Positions 1 through 12,783 of a stretch of 57,896 bases of DNA are shown here, in pieces. The notes beneath the pieces are model-generated. The model was not told the DNA's origin. It did no database searches and was given only the letters and a program-made list of their open reading frames with translations. The stretch is from Octopus bimaculoides (lineage: Eukaryota): the NCBI RefSeq assembly GCF_001194135.2, contig NC_068982.1:73963633-74021528 (forward strand), written 5' to 3'. The position numbers were made by a program, and so were the translations under genes. Position 1 is the first letter of the stretch; the number at the start of each line of letters is the position of its first letter.

Positions 1-216
1 ATTATCGTCTTTGTTGTAATGTCTACTTTCTCATGCCTGCATGTGTCAGATGGAATTCATTGAGGCAAATTTTCTTTGGCAGGATGCCCTTCCTACCACA
101 AACCCTCATCTGCTCCCAAATATTTCCCCTTGGCTCATTATGTGTTTATGGGAAATTGAAAATGGACAAGCACCATTTGTAAGACAGTGATTTTTGATCA
201 CAATGATTGCATGATG

Positions 217-222
<6 letters not shown>

Positions 223-268
<46 letters not shown>

Positions 269-294
269 CTCTCTCTCTCTATATATATATATAT
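223..294. repeat. (CT)n followed by (AT)n microsatellite
   Basis: Direct reading. Confidence 0.9.
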
Positions 295-759
295 GATGTG
301 TTTCTTTCAGTTTCTGTCTGACACTTTCCCAAGGTGTCATGCAACTGTCTTCTACAATAGCCTATTGATCACTTTAGCCCTTTCGTTGCCATATTTCTTT
401 TCCACTATACTGTCTTTGTTTCAATTAATTTTGTCAATATTGAAGAATTTAGTTAAATAATTTTTGTCATTATTGAGCCGATGTTTGGAATATCAGGGGG
501 TGACATTGATATCAGAAGGGTTAAGAAAAGAAAGGCCATATTGGATGACATAGTACTGGATATGCTTTGTTGGTATTAAGCTTGTATTTGGAACATGGAT
601 AAACATGAAATTTTGTTAGTAAGTTTTAATTTGGATCACTTTAAAATGGAAAGTTTGTATTGTAGAACCAGGAATGGTCTCAGGCAGCTTAGAACATTCC
701 AAAGTCTTTAAACTATTCAGTAACAGTTCAATTCTTATAAATTACCTTTCTATTCACAG

Positions 760-855
760 AAACGTCAACAACATAAAGAAAAAGTGGATTCCAAACAGGA
801 ATTTATTCAGGAAGAACGCAGAAAAGCCATTAAGCGTCTCCAAGATTATAAGTTG
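760..855 (+). CDS. WHAMM: WHAMM/JMY-family gene, internal coding exon (coiled-coil region)
   Basis: Acceptor ctttctattcacAG, donor TTG|GTAAGA, 96 nt, phase 0/0. Translates KRQQHKEKVDSKQEFIQEERRKAIKRLQDYKL, resembling the JMY/WHAMM segment ending '...RTLDRLRTFKQ' (recalled). Joins in frame to KYP at 2626. Confidence 0.75.
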
Positions 856-2070
856 GTAAGAACCTTTTTAGCATCCATTCTTTAATCCCATAATTCCTAA
901 TCACAATAACTGCTGTCCACTCTCTCGCTTGTATCATGATGACCATTCTGTTATTGAGGCATATTTTTATTTGATATCTACTGTGTTTCTTTAATAATAT
1001 TTTTTCATCATGGTACTATGGAGCTGTTGTACATTGGCTGCTCCATGATCTTGGGTTTCATAGACTTACAACCTGCATGGTAACTTTACTAGTACCAGTG
1101 ACATGAAGAAAGCACTCAATATATTCTATAAAGTGTTTGGCATCATAAAGGACTTCTAGCTATAGAAACCATGTCATAGCAGATACTGGAACACAATGCA
1201 GTCCTTGGACCAGTGGTTCCTGTCAAATCATCCAACTCAGGCCAAAATGGAACATGAACATTAAATGATGATGATGATGATGATGATATAAACTGGAAGA
1301 AAATATTACTTCAATGTATGTAGCAAAGACACTAGCTTCCATACTGGTTGGACCGGGTCTAACAAGCTGGTGGACTGTGCTATGCACCAATGTCTGCTTT
1401 CACATGGTTTCTATTGCTGGGTGCCCTTCCTTATGCCAACCACTTTTCAGAGTGTATTGGGTGCTTTTTTTTTTTTTGTGGAACAAGCACTATTAATGAT
1501 CACATGGTAATTTTCAGAGCTAAGAACCTAAAGTGGTCCTTATAACTGAGAGAGAACAGAAATAGGAGTCTAGCCACAGGTTTGCTGGACAGCCTTCATA
1601 GATGATTTGCTTATAGTGATCAAATGTTTGTGCTGTGCATTAGCTTGCTCCTTCCACCAACCCAACATTGCCTGTACCGTAGATGTCAAAATGACCACAA
1701 ACCAAATTGAGAATATTAGGCTTGGCCTACTTTATTGGACTATACCCAGAATAGTACAGCATCATTTCCAGTGGATCATTCTAAGTATAGAACAGGGTTT
1801 TGATGGCAAGAGTCTTCCTCCTCTTTCATTGGAAGTTGGTAGTTTGGGAGCATCCATGATGGTTTGTAAAGACCTTTGCTCAAGTCACAAGAAGGAACGC
1901 CTCCACACTGGTACCAAGTAATATGTTTCTGTGCCAAGTTATATGCTGAGATGGGATAATAGACTAATAATGTATTTGTCTAATCCATGTTGGTATGGAA
2001 AAACCAGGTGTAAAACCAAACAAAAAATACTTTAGTGGATGCCATGTAGGAACTGAACCTAGTTAATGTA

Positions 2071-2477
2071 TCTTTTATCTATTTCTTGTTTCAGTCATTT
2101 GGCTGTGGCCATGCTGGGGCACCACCTTAAAGAGTTTTAGTTGAACAAATTGACGCTAGGACTTTTTTTAAGCCTAGTACTTATTCTATTGGTCTCTTTT
2201 GCCAAACCACAAAGGTACAGGAATGTAAACACACCAACACTGATTGTCAAGTAGGTAGGGGTGGGGCACAAACACAGCACAAACACACACATACACAAAC
2301 ACACACATATATATATGATGGGTTTCCTTCAGTTTCCATCTACCAAATCCACTCACAGGGCTTTGGTCAGCCTGAGGCTATAGTAGAAGACACTTGCCCA
2401 AGATGCTATGCAGTGGGACTAAACACGGAACCATGCGGTTGAGAAGCAAGCTTCATATCACACAGCTATGCCTGTGC
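2071..2477 (-). mobile_element. tRNA-derived CORE-like SINE (family 1), diverged copy
   Basis: Same head, core and tail as 22995-23384. Confidence 0.8.
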
Positions 2478-2625
2478 TTATATTTAAATTAATACTATGT
2501 TTCTTATCATTTGCAATTTTCAAATCTATTTGAAGTTGTGGCAGGGCAGGGGTGAGGTGGGTGGGATGGTGGAAGAGTTTCTATTCTGTTCTGTTCTTTT
2601 TGTTATTTTTTTACTTTTTCTCTAG

Positions 2626-3479
2626 AAATATCCGACACCATCTACAATCAGGCCATACAAGNNNNNNNNNNNNNNNNNNNNNNNNNNNNNNNNNNNNNNN
2701 NNNNNNNNNNNNNNNNNNNNNNNNNNNNNNNNNNNNNNNNNNNNNNNNNNNNNNNNNNNNNNNNNNNNNNNNNNNNNNNNNNNNNNNNNNNNNNNNNNNN
2801 NNNNNNNNNNNNNNNNNNNNNNNNNNNNNNNNNNNNNNNNNNNNNNNNNNNNNNNNNNNNNNNNNNNNNNNNNNNNNNNNNNNNNNNNNNNNNNNNNNNN
2901 NNNNNNNNNNNNNNNNNNNNNNNNNNNNNNNNNNNNNNNNNNNNNNNNNNNNNNNNNNNNNNNNNNNNNNNNNNNNNNNNNNNNNNNNNNNNNNNNNNNN
3001 NNNNNNNNNNNNNNNNNNNNNNNNNNNNNNNNNNNNNNNNNNNNNNNNNNNNNNNNNNNNNNNNNNNNNNNNNNNNNNNNNNNNNNNNNNNNNNNNNNNN
3101 NNNNNNNNNNNNNNNNNNNNNNNNNNNNNNNNNNNNNNNNNNNNNNNNNNNNNNNNNNNNNNNNNNNNNNNNNNNNNNNNNNNNNNNNNNNNNNNNNNNN
3201 NNNNNNNNNNNNNNNNNNNNNNNNNNNNNNNNNNNNNNNNNNNACCTCCTCCCACACAACAACAGCAGAAAGCTCCTTTGTCGGCATCTGATAATAATAA
3301 CAAAGAGGGCACAAAGAAAGTATTTATCAAAAAACAAACTGCTTTAAAAGACTTAAACGGACATTCTGCTGATTCTACCAGAGCACCATCGGTCATTCCA
3401 AATCTGGAGAGCATTCTAAGTAGTAAGAAACGTCTCAAGCCAGCCAGCCGACACATAAAACCACCACCCATTAAACAAG
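2626..3479 (+). CDS. WHAMM: WHAMM/JMY-family gene, penultimate coding exon(s), interrupted by N-gap 2662-3243
   Basis: Acceptor ttactttttctctAG at 2624-2625, then KYPTPSTIRPYK. After the gap: PPPTQQQQKAPL...VIPNLESILSSKKRLKPASRHIKPPPIKQ (WH2-like LESI..KKRLKP). Donor CAAG|GTACTT, phase 1. The gap could hide an intron. Confidence 0.75.
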
Positions 3480-3777
3480 GTACTTGTATTTTTTTTTTTG
3501 TGTTTTCACTTCTTCACAGAGAAATCAATATTACTGTTGTTGTTTTTGTTGTTATCATTGTTGTAAACTTCCACAGCTGTGGCTGCAGTGTAGACCTGCG
3601 TACTTCTGGTCACAGTATAGATCTGTACAGCTTGGTTTGCAATGTAGACCTACACTGCTCTGGTTATAGAGGAAACTTGTACAGCTCTTATCATAATGTA
3701 GGCTTGTATAGCTTGGTTTTCGGTATAGACCTGCATAGCTTACATACAGTGTAAACTCCCCCACAGCCTTGAGTAGT

Positions 3778-3860
3778 GGGTATATGTATGTATGTATGTA
3801 TGAGTGTGTATGTGTGTGTGTATGTATGTATGTATATATATATATATATATATAGATATG

Positions 3861-3893
<33 letters not shown>

Positions 3894-3906
3894 GTATGTA
3901 TATATA

Positions 3907-3944
<38 letters not shown>

Positions 3945-3960
3945 CGTGTGTGTGTGTGTA
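3778..3960. repeat. Compound (ATGT)/(AT)/(GT) microsatellite
   Basis: Direct reading. Confidence 0.9.
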
Positions 3961-4872
3961 TTCTTTTGCTTGTTTCAGTCATTTGACTGGCAATGCTGGA
4001 GCATTGCCTTAAAGGGTTTTAGTGGAAGAAATCAACCCCAGGACTTATTCTTTGTAAGCCTAGTACTTATTCTATCAGTCTCTTTTGCTGAACTGGTTGG
4101 TTGTCAAGTGATGGTAGGGGGGACAAACACAGACACAAAGACTCACACACACACACACACACNNNNNNNNNNNNNNNNNNNNNNNNNNNNNNNNNNNNNN
4201 NNNNNNNNNNNNNNNNNNNNNNNNNNNNNNNNNNNNNNNNNNNNNNNNNNNNNNNNNNNNNNNNNNNNNNNNNNNNNNNNNNNNNNNNNNNNNNNNNNNN
4301 NNNNNNNNNNNNNNNNNNNNNNNNNNNNNNNNNNNNNNNNNNNNNNNNNNNNNNNNNNNNNNNNNNNNNNNNNNNNNNNNNNNNNNNNNNNNNNNNNNNN
4401 NNNNNNNNNNNNNNNNNNNNNNNNNNNNNNNNNNNNNNNNNNNNNNNNNNNNNNNNNNNNNNNNNNNNNNNNNNNNNNNNNNNNNNNNNNNNNNNNNNNN
4501 NNNNNNNNNNNNNNNNNNNNNNNNNNNNNNNNNNNNNNNNNNNNNNNNNNNNNNNNNNNNNNNNNNNNNNNNNNNNNNNNNNNNNNNNNNNNNNNNNNNN
4601 NNNNNNNNNNNNNNNNNNNNNNNNNNNNNNNNNNNNNNNNNNNNNNNNNNNNATATATGTACATACCTTCATCTATATGTATATATACATGCATATATGA
4701 GTACAGGACATCACAAAAAATGTTAAACACAATGAGAAACGAAAACATTAAGACGAAGACAGAAAACAAACTTTTTTTTGAACAACAGAAAAAAACAAAC
4801 AGAGAAACGAGACATGCAACATAAAGAATATTTCCCTTCTTCAGTTTTCCCTGTTCCATCTACCCCGCATTT

Positions 4873-4906
<34 letters not shown>

Positions 4907-5119
4907 ACTCACACCTTTCAAAATTTAGAGTCTAAGAATAATAAGCATGATGTGTGTGTGTCTGTGTGTGTGTGTGTGCATATGTTTATATGTGTACTGC
5001 ATATTTGTATGCTGTACATTTCTATACCTATTACTCATGTTTGTCTAGTTATAACACCTAATATATATTTATTATGATTACTAATATTCTCTTTTTTCTT
5101 TACTGTTTCATTTTTCTAG

Positions 5120-5337
5120 ATCCCATGGATGACATTTTAGATATGATCAAGAAAGGCGTCAAGTTACGCCCAACTACAGAACGGGATTCTGGCTGTGAAC
5201 GTGGTTCTCCTTCACCGATTCCAAGTGACTCTCATCTGAAACTACTTCAGGAGAGTCTTAACCGAATCAATCGATTGACTCGTGACAGTTCACCTGAGTC
5301 TGATGACAGTGATTACGACAACTTTGATGATTATTAA
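5120..5337 (+). CDS. WHAMM: WHAMM/JMY-family gene, terminal coding exon (WH2-C-A)
   Basis: Acceptor tttttctAG; G+AT gives Asp, phase-compatible with the 3479 donor. DPMDDILDMIKKGVKLRP (WH2), LLQESLNRINRL (C helix), SSPESDDSDYDNFDDY* (acidic). Matches the recalled WHAMM/JMY pattern IRxGVKLKK...AL.RIK..S..SE.E. Confidence 0.85.
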
Positions 5338-5583
5338 CACCCAGCTGCCTTGTTCCCCCTCCCACCNNNNNNNNNNNNNNNNNNNNNNNNNNNNNNNNNN
5401 NNNNNNNNNNNNNNNNNNNNNNNNNNNNNNNNNNNNNNNATTTTTATTATTATTATCATTACTACTATTTAGTTGTTTCCTAAACTCCCAGAGTGGATTT
5501 TTATATATTATTTGCAGAATTGAATTTTATTATTATTATTATTATTTATCACCATCATCATCATCATCATTATTATTATTATT

Positions 5584-6433
5584 ATAGCACACCAGGTAAA
5601 ATGCTTAGCGGCATTTCGTCCATCTTTACATTCAGAGTTCAAATTCCACTGAGGTTGACTTTGCCTTTCATCCTTGCAGGGTCAATAAAATAAGTACCAG
5701 TTGCACACTGGTGTTGATGTCATTGACTTACTCCTCACCTGAATTTACTGGCCTTGTGCTAAAATTTGAAAGCATTATTATGGTAGTGAACTGGCAGAAT
5801 TGTTAGCATGCCAGATAAAATGCTTAGCAATCTGTCATTACATTCTGAGTTCATATACCGCTGAGGTCGGCTTTGCCTTTCATCCTTTTGAGGTCAATGA
5901 AATAAATATTAGTTGAGTACTGGGATCGATGTAATCGACTAGACTACTCCCCCAAAATTTCAGGCCTTGTACCTGTAATAGAAAGGATTATTATTATTAA
6001 GGCGGTGAGCTGGCAGAATTGTTAGCACATCAGACACAATGTGTAGCAGCATTTCTTCCAGCTCTTTATATACTGAGCTCAAATCCTGCTGATGTTGAGT
6101 TTGCCTTTCATCCTCTTTGGATTGATAACAGAAAGGATCAGCCAAGTACTGGTGTTGATGTAATCAACTAACCTCCGCCCTCCTTTACCCTTAAAAATTA
6201 CTGGCCTTGTGCCAAAATTTGAAAGTGGTAAACTGGCAGATTTGTTAATGTGTAGGACAAAATGCTTAGCAGTATTTCTTACAGCTTTATATTCAGGGAG
6301 TTCAAATGCTGCTGAGGTGAACTTTATCTTTTATCCTTTCAGAGGTGATATGGTGATAAAATAAGAACCAATTTTGCACTGGGGTTGATAGAATCGACTT
6401 ATCCCTCCCTTGAAATTGCTGACCTCGTACCAA

Positions 6434-6478
<45 letters not shown>

Positions 6479-6485
6479 GTTATTA
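5584..6485 (+). mobile_element. Four head-to-tail copies of tRNA-derived SINE family 2
   Basis: Repeated GAGCTGGCAGAA...GAGTTCAAATT...GACTTTGCCTTTCATCC...AAGTACCAG units, several joined by (ATT)n. Confidence 0.8.
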
Positions 6486-7059
6486 ATTTACTCTTATAAA
6501 TCTCTATTGTTTAATCAGAAAGATTTATTTAAAAAAGAAAGAATATTAATAATGTTGTTGCTGCAATCATGACTGATATCAAGACTTTTAGAATGAATAA
6601 CTTTTGTTATCTTAGCCGTCATGTTTGTATCACATGACTTGTTAATTATGACCGAAAACAATGAGTTAAAAACAAGTTATTTTGCATATAATATTTTCTG
6701 TTTATTTATTATTTTTTTTGTTTGTTTTGTTTTTAAGCTTTTTAGTCCGTTCATCTTTGTTCTGTACAAGGTCTGTTGGTCATTGCTATCCCCTTTCTTC
6801 ATGTTTCATTTCCAGAATGTCATTTAAAAGTTTAAAAAAAAAAAATTTTTTTTAACATTTCAAAAGCAGAGGGAAAACGATTCAATTGGTTCTCTTTGAT
6901 TCTTAATCTTACTTCTCGTGATTCCTCCTTATATTCTCTCCACCATCACCACCAAATCTACCCCACCCCATTTTAGTACCCCATTTTAGTGAGGAGGCAA
7001 GATTCCATCATCTCGTGCTGTAAAATAATTTAATTCATTCAAGGTATTTCAGCTATATT

Positions 7060-7470
7060 TATCTTTGACCATTGGACTACAGCCATGCTGGAGCACCCAT
7101 CTTGAAGGGTTTTAGTTAAACAAACCAAACCCTAGTACTTATGTTTCTTTGTTTTATCTTTTTTTTTTATTGTAAGTCTTATACTTATTCTATTGTTCTC
7201 TTTTGCCAAGCTGCTAAATTATGGGGGCATAAACAAACACTGGTTGTCAGGTGTGGTGGTGGGGACAAACATACAAAGACACACACATAGAATATACATA
7301 TATATATATGATGGGCTTCCATACAGTTTCCGTCTGCCAAATTCACTCACAAGGCATCAGTTGGCCTGAGGCTATAGTAGAAAACACTTGTCCAAAGTGC
7401 CAGGCATTGGGACTGAACCCCAAATCACCTGGTTGCAAAGTGAGCTTCTTAACATCACAGCCATACCTGG
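7060..7470 (-). mobile_element. SINE family 1, diverged copy
   Basis: Homologous to 22995-23384 over most of its length. Confidence 0.75.
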
Positions 7471-8096
7471 TTTAATGTATTAAAATCTTTATCTTAAAGA
7501 TATTAAGATTTCAGTCCTTGAGTAAAGTTCAATTGTTAATGTACTTATTACATGTAAAATAGATTTTTGGTTGTTCCTGGAAGTATAGCAGTAAAGGATT
7601 GCACCTAGAAAGTTATCCTCTGAGGCACAAGTCCAGCCTAAGTTGTTTATGGAAGACCAGCAGTTGTCCATGTGAACCAACCTCTCCTCTCCATGCCATC
7701 GATGTTATCCAAGGAAAAGGCAAACGCTGATACAGCTTGGCACCAGTGATGTTGCAACTCATTTCTACAGCTGAGTGAACTGGAGCAACATAAAATAAGG
7801 TGTTTTGCCCAAGAACACAACACAACACACAACCTGGTCCAGGTAAACCATTAATATAGAACCAATGTCGGGGAGGGGGAGACCTATAACAAGATTTCTG
7901 AGACCAGGAAATAATTAATCTTCAAAACAATATGCTATTTTTTATTTCCTGGAGATTTTATCTGTTTATCTTAGATAAATATTAGATAACTGCTTCTTAG
8001 AACTCTTTCCATCTTAAATCATGAATCCTTGATATCTTCCAGGTGAAATACAGCAAAATTTGTTTTGAGGTTTGTTTAATATACATACACATACAT

Positions 8097-8138
<42 letters not shown>

Positions 8139-8202
8139 GCAATTATTGTTTTGCTAGGAATCTTTATTTAATGAAGTCATAATAGATTACATGATATATA
8201 TG

Positions 8203-8243
<41 letters not shown>

Positions 8244-8433
8244 GTTAGGTGATGCAAATATGATAGTTTAATAAATGCCATAGCATGAAACACTTGGTCC
8301 TTGAGTCACTTTATAACTCCTGCCTATTATTAATTATATATATATATATATATATATATCTCAAAGAAGTTGAAAATGCATTGAGATTCATTTAAATTTT
8401 TTATTTCTACCCATGTGGAATAAAATAATTTTG

Positions 8434-8465
<32 letters not shown>

Positions 8466-10619
8466 NNNNNNNNNNNNNNNNNNNNNNNNNNNNNNNNNNN
8501 NNNNNNNNNNNNNNNNNNNNNNNNNNNNNNNNNNNNNNNNNNNNNNNNNNNNNNNNNNNNNNNNNNNNNNNNNNNNNNNNNNNNNNNNNNNNNNNNNNNN
8601 NNNNNNNNNNNNNNNNNNNNNNNNNNNNNNNNNNNNNNNNNNNNNNNNNNNNNNNNNNNNNNNNNNNNNNNNNNNNNNNNNNNNNNNNNNNNNNNNNNNN
8701 NNNNNNNNNNNNNNNNNNNNNNNNNNNNNNNNNNNNNNNNNNNNNNNNNNNNNNNNNNNNNNNNNNNNNNNNNNNNNNNNNNNNNNNNNNNNNNNNNNNN
8801 NNNNNNNNNNNNNNNNNNNNNNNNNNNNNNNNNNNNNNNNNNNNNNNNNNNNNNNNNNNNNNNNNNNNNNNNNNNNNNNNNNNNNNNNNNNNNNNNNNNN
8901 NNNNNNNNNNNNNNNNNNNNNNNNNNNNNNNNNNNNNNNNNNNNNNNNNNNNNNNNNNNNNNNNNNNNNNNNNNNNNNNNNNNNNNNNNNNNNNNNNNNN
9001 NNNNNNNNNNNNNNNNNNNNNNNNNNNNNNNNNNNNNNNNNNNNNNNNNNNNNNNNNNNNNNNNNNNNNNNNNNNNNNNNNNNNNNNNNNNNNNNNNNNN
9101 NNNNNNNNNNNNNNNNNNNNNNNNNNNNNNNNNNNNNNNNNNNNNNNNNNNNNNNNNNNNNNNNNNNNNNNNNNNNNNNNNNNNNNNNNNNNNNNNNNNN
9201 NNNNNNNNNNNNNNNNNNNNNNNNNNNNNNNNNNNNNNNNNNNNNNNNNNNNNNNNNNNNNNNNNNNNNNNNNNNNNNNNNNNNNNNNNNNNNNNNNNNN
9301 NNNNNNNNNNNNNNNNNNNNNCACACACACACACACGCACACAGGTTAGGTGATGCAAATATGATAGTTTAATAAATGCCATAGCATGAAACACTTGGTC
9401 CTTGAGTCACTTTATAACTCCTGCCTATTATTAATTATATCTGTTTGTGTGTTAATTATCCTGGGTTTGGTTATTTATTGTTGAAGTAAGGCAGTGAGTT
9501 GGCAGAATCATTAGTGAGTTGGACAAAGTGCTTAGCTGTATTTTTTCTGGCTTTTTACGTTTCTGAGCTTAAATCTTGCCAAGGTCAATTTTGCCTTTCA
9601 TTCTTTAGGGGCTGAACAAATAAAATACTAATCAAGCCTTGGGGTCAATGTAACTGACTAACTTCCCTCTCTCAAATTTCAGGCATTGCACCTGTATTAA
9701 AAAGGCTTATTTGTTGAAGTGCAATGAAATGGAGAGGTTATTAATTTATTGATAAAGTTTTTTGTCAACAAAACATACAACTTTGAATTGAAAATAATAG
9801 CAGTCAAACTGAGCATTTTTTTTAAAGGAATCTATCAGTGAGGTCCTACTCTTTTGGTACTTTTAATGGTGAGAAGGAGCAATCCTTTGACGAAAAATAG
9901 TATAGATTTAAAGTAGAAAGGAAGAAGAATCCTTGTATCATTCCTGATATTTAAGGATGTTGTTTACAACCATCATGATGAGAACTACTTAGTTTTGTTC
10001 CCCTCAAAAAGAAACATGATCTGATTTTTCAAGTATATATTTTGGGTTTCTTTAAGGATCATTGTGTCACCTTCAGACAATTTTGATTTATTTTTTTATC
10101 AAATGTTGAATACAGTCTCATTATAGAAAAGCTAATCTTTGATTTAAAATTCAAACTTCCAAACCCCACCTGAATTGACCTAGAAGTGATTGTCTCCTTT
10201 ATGTGATAGTTGGCTGCCAAGGTGCACCGTGTCCATTGACACTTATAGTTTATTACTATCGATAAAAGTGATCAAATGAACTGAAAGACTAATATAGTTA
10301 ATATAACCATAAGTGTTATTTCTAAAACATTGATTTTGACTCAGTGGTTTAATATTTTACCAGAGAACCACATAGTTTTCAGTGATGCCTTTTTGTCATT
10401 AGGATCAATATCTGGTTGCTTATAGTTAAAAAATAATGAAATATCCAGGGAATCATTGTCCTAACTGAAACACTAGTTCCTAATAAACTAACTATCTTAT
10501 TTACAAAAATTCCAACACAGCTAGTGCCATCAGAAAATCTTATGCTATAAATAGTTTCATACATAATTAGTTTTCTGTATAGGCTGATGTTACAGAAGTT
10601 GAAGTTCAATGCTTCATGT

Positions 10620-11760
10620 TAGTTAGTTAATTAGTTAGTTAGATAGTGGGTCAACAAATTCTCAACATTGCTAACATGCATCTTCCATTCCTCTCTATCA
10701 TCCATACCATTTTGTATGCTCTTGAACAATTGGTTGATATAGTGTTTTGCTGGTCTACCTCTTTCCTGTTTACTACGAACAGGTTGCCGCTGAAGAACTT
10801 CAGCCACTGACCCCACATTTTGACACCAACTGTGCCCAATAAATCTCAGCCTGTGCTTTCATATTGTCTCTGTGATATAGGAGATATCTTGGTATAGTTC
10901 TTTGTTAGTCATGTGTTGATACCATGAGATATTTAGAGCAGCACAGACCATTCTGTGTATGTGCCATTTAGAGTTTTCTTCATGGGAATTGTAAGTCAGA
11001 TGGTGAGGTGATCTTGCGTCAGATGATGAAAGGTTAGAGTGTGACAGAGACAGGAACAGATGTCTTGCTGTAGAAGACGTACATGGTTATGCAGCCAGCG
11101 AGAGTTAACAAGAAAGAGGGCAGAAACAAGTGTCCATAAGAAATCTATTTTAGTTTTTCACAAAATATTTCATTTCCATATCTCATCCAAACAGTTAAAC
11201 ATTCCCCATGCTTTACTAATCCTGATTTCCATATCACTCTTTGATTCAAAGATATGATGTTCAAGGTTTTGTAGTTTTCTACTTTTTTGATTTCTTCTCC
11301 ATTTTTGAGAGTGTAAGCTTTCAGTTCCATTTTGGTTGTGGTGGACTTGCTCACTGCTTTGATGAATGCTTTTGATAAATGAAGGTTCAGCAAGATACAA
11401 CTAAAATGGTCATCACCCTATGGCCACCTGTCTGGTGGGTCAAAACTGAACATTTCCAGTAGCATCCTCTACCTGTTGTCCGTCATCTCTTTCTCCATCA
11501 CATTTGGACTTATGAAGAAAGTGTGATGGTATCGGTGCTGGTGTCTTGGTTTGCTGAATGATCTGCACAATAGATATTATTATGGTGGGCATTGGTTTCT
11601 GCAGATCCAACCCCCTCACACTCTTGTCCTTTAAACTTGTATTGGTTTGGTGCAACAAGTTCCACAAACCCAGTAGTTGCCAGGATGTAGGATTTGTATG
11701 GAACAACTAAAGACCCAATTGGCCTCATCTTGGTTGTAAATCATGTAATATCTATCAACT
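10620..11760 (-). mobile_element. Decayed RTE/RTE-X LINE 3' half
   Basis: Fragments SDMEIRISKAWGMFNCLDEIWK and RGRPAKHYINQL...MDDREEWK typical of RTE ORF C-termini. Ends in a (TAAC)n tail at about 10620-10640. Confidence 0.65.
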
Positions 11761-12224
11761 TTAGATTTTGGGGTTCTAATGTCCTAGAATATATTTATGT
11801 ACACTCATTCCTATAGTCTAAACCTATCTTGTTTTAGGATAACAGTCTTATTTAGTTGGATATTTGCTTGAAAATTATTTTAGCAATATTAACATTTTGC
11901 AATGTCTTAAATTTTGAATATTTTATTTCTTGTTTATATTATTTTATATTTTTTCATTCTTTATTCTGAAAGATGATCAGTCGTTAATTTGTTTAATTTC
12001 TATATTCACTGCAATAGGTTTTGTCATTAAGTTTCATGTTGCTCCAGATTAGGGAATTTTCAAAACAGACACACAGAATGTTGAAACAATAACTATGCAC
12101 TTCAGGCTGTAACCAATGCATGCAAGTCAAATAAAAGATTGCATGTTTTTATATTTAAAATGGCCATAATGCATACACAAACACACATACACATGCACTC
12201 ACAAGCATGCGCACAAATACTTAC

Positions 12225-12255
12225 ATGCATACATACATATGTATATGTGCATGTG

Positions 12256-12287
<32 letters not shown>

Positions 12288-12322
12288 ATGTATGCGTGTG
12301 CATGTGCATATATATATGTATG

Positions 12323-12364
<42 letters not shown>

Positions 12365-12374
12365 TATATGTATG

Positions 12375-12411
<37 letters not shown>

Positions 12412-12416
12412 GTATG

Positions 12417-12455
<39 letters not shown>

Positions 12456-12620
12456 GTATGTAATTATATATATATATATATTTATATGTATGTAATTATA
12501 TATATATATATATTTATATGTATGTAATTATATATATGTATGTATTTATATATATATATATATGTATGTATGTATTTATATGTATGTATGTATTTATACA
12601 TACACACACACATACATATA
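12225..12620. repeat. Compound (AT)/(GT) microsatellite with higher-order unit (TA)nTTTATATGTATGTAAT
   Basis: Direct reading; about six higher-order units at 12350-12535. Confidence 0.9.
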
Positions 12621-12783
12621 AGCGCAATTAAAGGTTACAAACCTCATTCAGGGATAGCAAAATCCTATGAAAGTACTGGTTAATTACCTATACAAAGAGT
12701 ATTGAACATTATATTTAATACTCCACTGCAAGGTAACTATATAAACCGTGGTTTATATATATATTATTTATTATAATAATAAT

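Noticed and set aside
1607-1921. 104-aa ORF inside a WHAMM/JMY intron
   Set aside because: No recognisable homology or splice support; lies among TE fragments.
3740-4012. YIYI/CVCV/HTHT-rich ORFs here and at 12239-12495 and 53559-53759
   Set aside because: Translations of dinucleotide microsatellites.
8203-9440. Identical block of about 120 bp on both sides of the N-gap (about 8225-8340 and 9322-9440), resembling an LTR pair or TSD
   Set aside because: Exact identity, starting in a (CA)n run and flanking a gap, points to overlapping contig ends or uncollapsed haplotypes.
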